Made by a program: the position numbers and the translations under genes. Of a stretch of DNA of 64,000 bases, positions 33,291-44,290 are shown piece after piece. The notes below the pieces were generated by a model that saw only the letters and a list, made by a program, of their open reading frames with translations, was not told the origin of the DNA and ran no database searches. The stretch covers positions 248,001 through 312,000 of the forward strand of contig OZ025719.1 in assembly GCA_964019335.1 (NCBI GenBank), in the 5' to 3' direction. Positions within the stretch are counted from its first letter, which is position 1. The number at the start of each line of letters is the position of its first letter. Origin of the DNA: Diplonema japonicum (taxonomy: Eukaryota; Protista; Euglenozoa: Diplonemea).

Positions 33291-34553
33291 ATGGCGACGT
33301 TCACGCCCCACTCAGGCGATGCCGACCCTCTGGCTACAGCACCTGAGGAAGAGGAGAAGATGGAAGAAGTGAAAGAGGAGTGGGCAGTGTGGTTCGACAG
33401 CAAGATGCCGAAGGGGCTGGGGCTAGACGAGTACCGAAGGAGGGTGAAACTGGTGGCGAACATCGAGGGGTTGGGGGAACTGGAGAAACTGGACGAGTTC
33501 AACAGCTTCAAATTCGTCCCTGAAGAAGAGCTGCTGACGACAGGGATGTCACAGCACAAAGACCCCTTCAGATTCAATTTACGATTGTTCAGAAAGGGCA
33601 TCGCACCGTTCTGGGAGGACCAAGAGGACACGTGTATGATACACACCCTGAGGATGCCCAAGGACCTGGCACCCATCGAATTCCAGATGTTTTGGAAGGC
33701 TCTCTCACGATCGCTGCTCACTCGAAAAATTTTTAAAAGTACCGAGTTAATCGATGAAGACACTGGCGACCGCCACCCCGACTTCGAGACTTCGGGCATC
33801 CTGGGCACAGTTGTCCACTATGGCCGTCACAAGGGGTACGGCACTGTCGAAATTTGGTGCAGCGGCCCCGGCCCCCTCCCTCACGACATCACAACCATCA
33901 TTCCCAAAGACCGGTACACGTACGACCTCACCTCAAAGGGGAAGGACGCCTTGAAACTCGCCCCTTCTTTCAGGCCCGCCACTACTCTTACCTCCCAGGT
34001 TCCTTTGGTCGAAAGGGCACCTAGACCCGTGTTTGAAAAACCTGGTATGTGGGGTTCAATAACAATTAAGACGCTAAGTTTGGGTAAAATGGTGATGTAG
34101 GTTGGGGAAGGTTGTTGAGGTTGAGCCTTCCCGGATTGCGGTTTATTCTATGCGTTCGTCGTGCCACTTTGGAAAGTCCTTCGCCTTCGGGTTATTCGTC
34201 TCCGTCTTTTTCGACTTTATTCCGTGGCCTTCGTGCATTCAGGCCTTCGTACACTCTCGGTCTTGAGAGGTCAAAAACCTTTACCACCCACCCAAGTGGG
34301 GTTCTTTCCAGGCGACTATCTCTGGGAGAGACGGCCAGGGTGGTGGGGGAAAAAAAAAAAAAAAACTAACTTTTTTTTTCAGAAGCACCTTCGCGTCAAG
34401 CCTTCCAACCGTATGAAACGTCTCACGCACCGAAGAGAGCTTTTCAGAAAATGGGTCGTTCCGCTGGCGGGGGTGAGCGGACAAAGGTGTGTGTTAATAT
34501 TCTGTTTAAGAAAAAAAAAGGGGGGAGGAAATAAAAAGAAAATACACAGGTAA
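33291..34553 (+). CDS. Divergent eIF4E-family cap-binding protein; predicted introns 34045-34100, 34340-34382, 34487-34549
   Basis: WAVWFD, LRLFRKGIAPFWED, ILGTVV and VEIW motifs. The 3' exons are predicted only from GT-AG frame continuity. Confidence 0.75.
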
Positions 34554-34660
34554 CCGTTGCGTATGAAAAAGGAGGGAAGAAAGGTGGGCGCGGGGGCAAA
34601 AAAGGATGGAAGGGCCGGAACTAAAACGAAGCGACAAAAAAGGAGGGAGGAAAAGAGCAA

Positions 34661-34694
<34 letters not shown>

Positions 34695-34879
34695 ACAGAT
34701 ATTTATTATCTCTCCGGCTGCCCGTTGTTAGTGTGAGTAAAGAGATCTCATTTCCAACCATTCACCGACTTCCCCTCCCCCACCCCCTTTTTTATTATAC
34801 ACAAACAAAGGAGGGGGAGGAGGAGGGGGAAGGAAAAAAAAAAAGAAAACCAAACCAAAAAAAAAAAGAAGAAAAAAAT

Positions 34880-37800
34880 ATGGGAATCTGCAACGCAAAG
34901 CTAGATGATCCTCCAAACAAGAAGGATCACCGGAAGCCAGGAAACCCCCACACACGTCACCACCCTAAAGCGTACGAGCAGCAACAATTCAAGAAGACAA
35001 AGGAGTCGCCCCCTCGGCCTCGAGGATTTGCTGTGGGCGACAAAATAGAAGCATGGTGGGAAGGAAGCTGGCACCCCGCCTCAGTACGAACAGTGCGAGG
35101 CGATGGGGGCTTCGATATTAACTGGGAGGACGGTACCATGTCCTATGGTGTGTCTCCTGAATTTCTTCGGGCACCGAATGTAAGGGTAGATGATAACCCG
35201 GTAGGCCCCCTTGTCGGAAATGAACTGATAACTGGCGACCTCAAAGCCGACCAAGTCGGCCACACCCTCTTCCGATCTCTAGACGGGAGGGAAGGCCATC
35301 TCATCCCGTTTGATCATGTTCGCTTCAAGCTCCGTGATCCTTCTCTTGTGGTGTATTTCGGGTGGCCGCCCTCACGCGGATCTGAGCTATCCGACCTCCT
35401 CACGAAGACAGACCCTAACGCCAAAGGCGTCTCACAGGAACAATGCCAGCACTACGCACGCGTGAAGTGGCTGTACGTCCTCATCGACAACGACAAGAAC
35501 GACAAGATATCATCGTGGGAGCTGGAGACCGCCTTGATACATAATGTATGGAAAGCTTTTATTATCAAAAAAAAAAAAAAAGGCAAATGTCCGGACTGAG
35601 CTGGGTATCTCCGCCGATCTTGCAGCGCCCCTCTTCCGTCAGATGGACACCGACGGGTCCGGGTGGATATCGTACGTGGAGTTCTACAGGTACTACACCA
35701 CGAACCCGTTAGGGAAGTATAACAAACAAGATGTATGAGAAGGAGAAAAAAAAAAAATAATAATAATAATAATAATTTTTTTTTTTTCAAGAAGAAAAAA
35801 CAGGACCAGCACTATGTGAGGAAAATTTTCAACAAGCTGGAGGGGAACCACAAGGGGGGCATCACGAAGTCGCAGCTGCGGAAGGTTCTGAATGAGGACA
35901 AGTCGCTGCAGCTCCGCCTCGGTTGGCCGGCACGTCAAGCCGAGAACCTCTTCGACTTCCTCGACCAAGACCGCTCGGGGACAGTATCTATGGACGAGTT
36001 GAAACAGTTCATGAGGGTACAGCTTCTGTTCAACAAGATCGACATTAACAAGAGCGGGTACATCGATCAGCACGAATTCGGTGAAGCCTTAGGCGATCCG
36101 GAACTGTCGTCGGAGCTCGGGGTACCCCAACGCAGCGCGCAAAAAGTTTTCAACGCAATCGACTACGACCACTCCGCAAGTATCACCTTCGCAGAGTTCT
36201 TCAGATATTTCGCAAGCAAGCTCCGGGCAGTCACCGGAAAAACCAAGAAAAACAACAACCACAACAACAACAACAACATGAAGCTTGAAGGCAGCGCGAA
36301 GTACGACCTTGTGAAGAAAATCGGCGAGGGAACCTTCGGTCTAGTGTACCTCATCCGCCGAAAAACAGACGGCCTCGACTTGATCATGAAAAAACCAAAG
36401 GTGGTTCAGGGTCTGTCCATGGACGATGTAAAGCAAGAAGCCAGCATGCTGTCACGTTTGAAACACCCTCACATCGTAAGGTTCATCGAATCATATTGGG
36501 AAGCAGGGGCATTGATCATCATTACGGAGTTCGCAGCAGGAGGCGACATCCGTTCGAAGATTGGAACGAGAGGATGCGGGCAGGAAAAAACCATGCTCTG
36601 GTTCTCACAGTCGTGCGAGGCCGTGAAATATCTGCACGACAGGTTCATCTTACACCGTGATTTAAAGCCCGACAACATTTTCCTAACACAAGGCGGTGCG
36701 GTTAAAATAGGCGATCTTGGTTTAGCAACACAAATGCGGTCTCGGCGTGATAAGGCACGCACTCAGTGCGGGACTGAGATCTACATGGCGCCTGAGCTGA
36801 TGAGGGGTCTTCCATATGATGAAAAAAATGACATTTGGGCGTTAGGATGCATTCTTTACGAGATGGCTGTGGGGAGGTTCGCCTTTGATAACGTTGCCAT
36901 GATCGTGGAGGGGGACTGTCCTCGGGACACGCCTGCTTACTGCCGTACCTTGGTCGACTGGATGCTGGAGGCACAGCCCCGTGACAGGCCCTCTATCGAT
37001 GAGCTCCTTGAGGAGTTGCAACATGAAATCGACCCCTCAGGCATGGCTTCCTATATGTCAGATAGAAATCTGCGAAGGGACCGCCCAGGTGCACCTGTTA
37101 TCAGTCCTAATGATGCTTACGGTTACAGTATGTTTGAGGGGGAAAGGGGGGGAAAAAAATGACTATTTACTAAATAAAAATCAGATTACCTGATTTTTAC
37201 GAGGGATTTTTTTTTTTTTTTTCACGAGTAGTTGAATTTCACGCGAGCGAAGCGAGTGAAATTCAAAAAAAAACGAGTGAAAAAAAAAAATTCCGAGTAA
37301 AAATCTGGCTGATTTTTATTTAGTATGATATTTTACTTAATTTTTGTAAAGTTAAATGAGGAAATTTCGGACACTGTGAACCCTTTATGTTCACTTCTGC
37401 GAAATGTTCACACTGATGTCAAAAGTAAGCCTGATTGCCTGAGAAGACGATGTCAAATTGACAGAATTCTGTAGGTTTTGTGTAATTTGTGTCGGCACTT
37501 GATCATCGCTCTTCAGAAACTGCTGGTTTTGCGCGGGGGCTTGATCAGGTCTGACTTCCAGGTTCCTTCATCAACAAGGTATTGTGCAAAAGAACGCCTG
37601 TATGCATGGCCAGTGTAATATTCGGCATTTGCCAGCCTCAGGTGTGATGCTTGGTGACCCGGAAACGTGGTAAAGTGTGTTTATGCCTCTTTTGCCTCGG
37701 ATGCTTGACTGTTTTTTGCCTCAGATACCTGACTCTGGTTTGGGTTGGTTGGATTTCGTCTCATATTTTGAGAGGCGATTAATGTATGTGTCGAGCGACG

Positions 37801-38271
37801 TTTGTAGAAGCGCAACATGCCATAGCCCAGTGGTAGCCCAGTGGTTATGTCGTCGCACTCGTCTCCTGGAGACGCCAGATCAAATTCTGGACCCCGAACT
37901 TTTTTCGATAAAATCGGGGTCAAAAAAACGGTCCCTCGGGGATTGAACCCTCGACCCCTGAAACCCTGGCCGAGGGTCCTGACCTCTGACCTACGGCGGT
38001 GTTAGCTGCCACCAGATGCAAAAAATGAAGACGAATACCGAAAAAGCCCGAAAATTGCTCAGAGTAAAAATCAGATTTTACTTTACATTTACAGCACTTT
38101 TTTAAGCCAAATTCGGCCTATTACTTTACCTTTATTCTTCACTTTACATTTACTCGTGAACGGTAAAGTGATTTCTGATTTTTATGGCTCTTTATAAATT
38201 TCCTCATGTAACTTTACAGAATTAAGTAATAAAAAAAAAAAAAAAAAAAAAAATGTACAGATGGATATTGA
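34880..38271 (+). CDS. Acylated Tudor/Agenet-like + multi-EF-hand + NEK-family Ser/Thr kinase; introns 35546-35582, 35733-35803, 37128-38260
   Basis: MGICNAK N-terminus, FAVGDKIEAWWEGSWHPA, EF loops (DNDKNDKISSWE, DTDGSGWISYVE, DQDRSGTVSMDE, DINKSGYIDQHE, DYDHSASITFAE), and kinase motifs GEGTFG, HRDLKPDNIFL, KIGDLGLA, YMAPE, DIWALGCILYEM. The last intron gives ...AYGYNGY*. Confidence 0.88.
37819..37905 (+). ncRNA. Degenerate tRNA-like Pol III unit inside element B
   Basis: Duplicated A-box tagcccagtgg, degenerate B-box gatcaaattc, T-run terminator. Not a canonical cloverleaf. Confidence 0.4.
37922..38000 (-). ncRNA. tRNA-like Pol III unit inside element B
   Basis: On the minus strand: A-box taggtcagagg, B-box ggttcaatcc in a short stem-loop, then T7. 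The acceptor stem is not intact. Confidence 0.55.
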
Positions 38272-38740
38272 ACAGAATTCGTGTGTGTTTTTTTTTTTTT
38301 TTTTTTTCATTTCCCTGAAGTTGTAGTAAATCCCAACACCATTGGGCTTAGGAGTAAGAAAAAAAAAATTCTATTAAAAAAAAAGTTCAATTCAACAAAA
38401 AAAAAGGAAAAAAAAAAAATACAGTCCAGAAAAAATAAAAAAAATGGAGAGAAAGAAGGAAATAGAAAAAAAAAATAGAGACACATGAAAAAAAAGGGGG
38501 AAGGGGAAAAAAAAACATAAAAAAAAAAAAGAATAAGCGAAAGGATGTTGGGAGGTGAGAGGGAATTTCTTTAAAAAAAGAAAAAAATAAAAGAAAAAAA
38601 AGGGACAAATGAAATAAACAACAGTAGATGCATTATCCCCCCTTTTTATTTTTTTTCTTTTGCTTGAACAAGAAAAAAACAATATATGAGCTCGTCCGGA
38701 TTAAAATGTCCACAAGATTTTTTGTTTTGATTATTTGAGC

Positions 38741-38788
<48 letters not shown>

Positions 38789-40824
38789 GCATGCATCCAT
38801 AGGAAGATAACGTATGGTGTACCGCGAAAACAGAGGTCAGAAAAACGGCGAAAAATGTTTAAAGTGCAATTTTATTGCTTAAAATGCAGCATCTAGGGTC
38901 CTAAAATATGGTTCTACCTAGCCCCCGAAAATCCAGTTTTTTTTTTTTTTTTTTTTTTTTTTGGTTTTTTTTTGCTACCGTGGAGGGTTAGTTGTGGACA
39001 TTTTTACCGGACAAGCTCATATTGACATTGAATTGTTATTGCTAAAAAGAGTAGTGGTGGCATTGCTGGGCTTATCCTTCTACAGGTTGACCCCGGCTGT
39101 GCACAAACAACAATTAGCCGACTCTTTCCCCTCTCTCTCACTTTCTTCTTTCTTTTCCTTCTTCTTTTTTTTTTTTTTTTTTTGTATCTTCAACTTCCCT
39201 CCTTCAAACATTCAGATTTCTCTTTTTTTATTTTCTTTTTTTTTATTTCCCACTTCCCTTCATTTTCCTCTCTTCTTCCCCTACTCTACCTGTTCTCTGG
39301 TTTAACCTTTGATGCTTCACGGAGAATTTTATTTAAAAAAAAAAAAAAATAAAAAAGCACTGAAGGGACCAGCAACAAACATCAATACTTTGTATATCTC
39401 TTAATTTTTGTCCGTAAGAAAGAAATTGTGTCCTTTTTTTTTTTTTCCTTGTCCCTCGCATGATGCACACTTAGGAATATAGCGCAATGACGCAATGAAC
39501 CTCTGCTTTGTTCTTCACTTTGAACAAGGTCCAAGAGCCAGGGAGGTTGCCTTCTTTCGAACTTAAGAGATTTACAGTATCCCTAAGAAAAAAAAAGAGA
39601 AAAAAAAGCACTGATTGTAAGTTATCACTCGTTGTAATTTCCCCCTTCCATCACTTGCATTTTTTTTTTATCTCCATTTCCCCCATTTTTTTCTTTTTTT
39701 TTTTTCTTTTCTCTTTTTCGAGAGCAAAGGTTCTTCAGAATCTTTGTTGTTGGTTTACTTTCATCGCGTGGCAAAAAAAAAAAAAAAAAAAAAAAGAAAA
39801 AAAAAATCCATATTTTTCATATTCCCCAACGAAAGAGAAAAAGAGGGGGGGGGGGTCCTTTTTTTCCCTGTGATATTATGCCTCGGGTTTTGCATTCTTT
39901 CTTCTTTTTCTTTTCTTTTTTTTGTGGGTGATTTTACACTTGCCAGCTTTACATTAAAAAGAGGAAAGGGTGTCGAAGGGAGGGGGAAAAAAAAAGGAAA
40001 AAAAAAAGAACGAAAAAAGAAAAATGGGAACTGCCCTTTATCTATTTATTAGGAATGATACAATAGTCCTGGTGCAGCTCCTGTTCGTCTCCCCCCTCCC
40101 TGATCTCATTTGAGTTTTCTCTTAATTGTATCTTTCTTTTTTTTTTTTTTTTCATGCACGGCTCCTTGGAGAGCGTCGAGGAAGCTATCGCTGAAGTGCG
40201 TGACGTGGCGGGGAGACAGATTGCCGCGCTCTGCACGGAACAGAAGTGTAGCCGGGCTGAGGCCTACGATTGTCTCGAACCTGGACGAGGGTAGGAGGCA
40301 TCTCACGGCGCTGTTGCGGGGAACGCAATGCGAGAGGTCTGTGGCGGTGGACGCTGGGGACGGTGTTACGGTGGACCCACAAGAAAGGATTGGAAGATAT
40401 AAACGACAGCTAGGCACTACGGTGGGTAGCAGGGAACGACCCCAAAAGGGGAGCATCATAAGGTAGGCACGCCACCGCGGCGGGCCGTTGCTAACCACTT
40501 CGTTCCTATCATAGTGAATTTTTTTTTTTCTTTTTTTCTTTTTATTCATTGGGAAAAAGTATTTTTTTAGAGACCATTCATTTTTTTTTTTTTGAAGCTT
40601 TTCCTTCGTAAATAAACTTGCCTTAAAAAAAAAAAACTTTTTTTTCCCCTTCATATTTACCCCCGACTGCAAATGTATTGTTCATTTTTAACAATTAGTC
40701 GCCATAAACATATGGAATAAAAGTTTTTTTTTTTTTGGTCCCTAGAAAATGCCTTTCTTCCCCTTTTTTATTTTTTTTGAAAAAAAAAGAGGAGTTTTCT
40801 CAATTTCTCCAGGTTTCTACCCGG

Positions 40825-40857
<33 letters not shown>

Positions 40858-42031
40858 CCATACGGCAGTTCGTCCCCGTATTCCGACTCCTACCCCAGTA
40901 AGTCAGTACAAAATTATCTGTGTCAGAAATTGTTTATCCCCCCCCCTGTGGACACATCTCTCTCTCCCATTCTACTCTCGCTTTCTTTCATTCTCATCTT
41001 GCAAGTTCTTTTTATGAAAAAAAAAGGGAGTACCTTCACCGATGTAGTTGTGCCAAGGAGATACTATTCAATAATCCTATTTTAAAAAAAAAGAGGGAAA
41101 GAAAAAAAAAAAAAAAAAAAAAAAAAACTGCGAACTTAACCCTTGGAGCGTTTTCGACAACTTTTTTGGGTGTTGGGCGCTCTACCCAAAAACGCTGATT
41201 CTCAGAGAAGAAGTACGCGATTGGGGTAATTTCTTGTTAAAAGAAATTGAGAAAAAGAAAATAGAAAAAAGAAGAAAAAATCTCCGAAATAAAAAAAAGG
41301 TGGAAAGCTTGTAAGTTGATATTTGTTTTTTTTTTCCCCCCCTTTTCTTTTTCTTTTTTTTCTACCTCTTGTTTTGGCTGTTGCTCCTCATCATAGCTTT
41401 TCTCTCTTCCTTGGCTTTCTATGTGCGATGAGTTTTAAAAAAAAAAGAAGAAAAGAAAAGATAGAATAAAGAAGGGGGGGGGGGGGGGAACAAGAAAGAA
41501 AAAAGAAAAAGAAAAACAGAAGAAACCAAAATTAAAACAGAAAAAAACAGAAAAGTAGAACACAGCCCCGCCCCCCCTTTGTTCACAACACTGTATTTTA
41601 ATAATCTAATGTATCAAGGAAATTTCAGAATCTTTGTTAAAAAGGGGGAAATGGGTGATAAGTAGACAAGGGGCTCCACAACAGGAACCTCCTTTATCTC
41701 ATATCTTCAAAGCCACGGCGCGGTGCTCCTTTTCTTTTTTCTTTTTTCTGCTTTTTGCGGTTAGTGACCTTCCCCTCCCACCCAAAAAAGAAACCACGTT
41801 ATTCACTTTTTTTTAAATGAAAATAAAAAAAAAGATTTTTAAAAAAAAATGTTCTTCATATTCCTTTTTTTTCTTCTTTTTTTTTTTCCGGTCAGTGCCC
41901 CTTTCTTATGTAAAGAAAAATCCCGTTTTTTTTTTTTTTTTTTTTTTGCCCTTTTTTTCTTTCCTTCTCCCTTAGTTCCCCCCCCCTCTTTTTTTCAAAA
42001 ACAAAAAAAAAACAAATTACAGAGAAGCAAA

Positions 42032-42649
42032 ATGGTAAAGTCCACAAGGCCAGTGGAGACAAATGCAAGGACTCCGGTGAGTACTTTTAGGCAAGCTATT
42101 CAAGTGCAGAAAAAACCAGAGAGGAGAGATCCGAGGTTTTCAGATATTTCTGGAGGGGTGTTGAATGAGGGACTTTATGAAGGGGGGTACAGCTGGTTAG
42201 GAGACCTGAGAGAACAGGAAGAAAAACAATTGAAACAAGAGGCAAAAAAGCTGCGCTCAGCCAAAAGACCAGAAGTCTTGGAGAGAAGGGAAGAGGTGCA
42301 CCAGCAACTTAACGAATATAAACAAGAGAGGAAGGCGCAGCAACGAAAAGAAATCGGGAGAAAGCAAAAGAAAGAATGGCGACAGGCAGAAGGAGCCAAG
42401 GTGGAGAAGGGGAAGAAACCATTCTTCTTGAAAAAGACCGCGCAAAAGGAACAAGAACTGAAAATTAAGTACGAGAAACTGAAGAAGGAAGGAAAACTGG
42501 AAAACTTCCTGACAAAAGCGAGAAAGAGACAGGTTTCCCCTCCCCCCCCTTTTTTTTTTTCCTCCCCACATATTCACCAACACACACAGGCACTAAAAGA
42601 CGCGGAAATGGTACCAGAGCTATCCACATTTGCATCATCAACACGATGA
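42032..42649 (+). CDS. RRP36: rRNA processing protein RRP36; in-frame 57-nt intron 42533-42589
   Basis: RRDPRFSDISG, YSWLGDLREQE, GKKPFFLKK and KYEKLKKEGKLENFL.K.RKR motifs. Confidence 0.9.
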   Translation: MVKSTRPVETNARTPVSTFRQAIQVQKKPERRDPRFSDISGGVLNEGLYEGGYSWLGDLREQEEKQLKQEAKKLRSAKRPEVLERREEVHQQLNEYKQERKAQQRKEIGRKQKKEWRQAEGAKVEKGKKPFFLKKTAQKEQELKIKYEKLKKEGKLENFLTKARKRQVSPPPPFFFSSPHIHQHTQALKDAEMVPELSTFASSTR

Positions 42650-42776
42650 TGAAGAAATCAAAAAAAAGAAAATCAGGATCCCCCCCCCCCCCCCCCCACA
42701 CTTCGTCACTTTTTATTTTACACGGCAAAAGAATTCATTTAAAAAAAAAGGGGGCGGTAAAGAAGGTGTGGGAAAC

Positions 42777-43982
42777 ATGTCCACTAAACCCCGCGAAGCT
42801 CTCACTAGGGCGACCTCGTATCTGAACAAAAGCAATGCTCGGTATAGCGGGTTGACAGAGATTCTGGACGACATGAGGGACAATGACATACGGCTGGACT
42901 CTCGGGGCTACCGGACAGTTCTGCACAAACTGAGAAAGCTAAGGTGGGGCAAGGCAGGATGCGACCTAATCTCGAGAATGAAAAGAGAGAACATCACAGT
43001 CGTGGGGTGGCACGTATCCCCGATCATCATGGCACTGGCAGCTTCACCAAAAATGAGCGACACCTACAAGGTGCAAAAGGTCATGCAGCTTATAAACGAA
43101 ATCGTCCCAGACGGAATGGATTCGTACACCGCAGAGGCCATGCTTTATCTATTCTGTAGAATCGATCACGCGGGGCCTCATAAAGCAGTCGTCTTGCAGC
43201 TTGTTGAGGAAAAACGTTTCGAGCTAACTCCATCTCTTACCGCACAGATAATCGCGGCCAGCCCTTCTTCAGAACTTGCTTTTAAATATTTCAATATGGA
43301 TCCTGACCCTTCTCCGTGGATCAGGGCGGTCCTGCTGCGGAGTCTGGTCGCGTTGCAGGATTTCGAAGCTGCTTTGGAAACCTTTCTCACGCTACCCCCT
43401 TCCCTTGTTATATCAAATGCAGCGTCATTAATCGCATTGTTCGAGGTTACGGCACAGCCGTACCATGCTTATCAAAGAGTTTGGTCGGCGTTGGGTTATT
43501 CGCTAGCTTCCGTCACCCCGACTCCTGACATCTCCATCCCTCTCATCGCGCTTTCGAAGGCGCTCTGCACCCGCTCTGCTGAGCAGGATAGCTTCCCACT
43601 CCTCTTGCGGCAAATCTCCAGTGATGTCGAACCCCACAAAGCATCAATCGCTGCGCATTCAGATTTTCTACACTTGTATGTGGGGGGGGGGGGGGGGGGG
43701 GGATGTTAAAACGAAGTATAAAAAAAAATCTTTTTTTTTCTTCCCACAGAGTTGCAACAGCCATAAAGACGGCCGGGCTACCGCTCCCACCCGACGCGGA
43801 GTTATAGATGAAAGGGGATTTTAAAAGAAAACATAGATTTTTTTTTTTTTTTCTGTTTTTCTTTTTTCTTTCTTTTTTTTTCCAGGCTTGAACAAGAGCT
43901 GCGGGAGTTGAAAGGGTACATTCTAGAAAGGACAGCACGGCACGACAGCTATGCTCTCGATACGGGGAGCATTAATAGATAG
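42777..43982 (+). CDS. Helical-repeat (PPR-like) protein; predicted introns 43676-43749 and 43801-43885
   Basis: PPR-like spacing ILDDMRDNDIRLDSRGYRTVL / LISRMKRENITVVGWHVSPII. Two phase-2 GT-AG introns restore the frame. Confidence 0.6.
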
Positions 43983-44290
43983 AAACGCACACCACAACTA
44001 GTGCGATTGTCTTTTACTTTAAGTTTTCCCCTTCCTGCTCTGTCAAAGGCCCCCCTTTAACTCATATAAGATATTTCTTTTTTGTGTGACCTTGCCCTAT
44101 CGGTGCCTTCTTCTACGTGCTTCCGCCACTGGTTGTTCGTTTATTGCCTTCTCGTCTTCGGCCTCATCCACATGACGTGCACCTACGACGATACCTGTTG
44201 TTCCTCTTAATTATTTAGATTAAAATTCTAACCCGCGGTACCAAAGAAGAAGAAAAAAAGGAAAACAAAGTTCAGGGGTGGGTGGGAAAC

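Larger units (their letters stand above)
37163..38231. mobile_element. ~1.07-kb non-coding hairpin-ended element, family B, within a predicted intron
   Basis: Hairpin 37168-37325 (tactaaataaaaatcag...ctgatttttatttagta) with a GCGAAGC tip. Repeat 37333-37367 is inverted at 38196-38229. aaaaatcag motif is iterated near the far end. Single copy in this window. Confidence 0.8.

Noticed and set aside
37922-38000. Functional tRNA gene
   Set aside because: Acceptor and anticodon arms do not form a canonical cloverleaf; kept only as tRNA-like.
41136-41229. TTAA-CCCTT start resembling a piggyBac end
   Set aside because: The right end matches poorly and lacks an intact TTAA.
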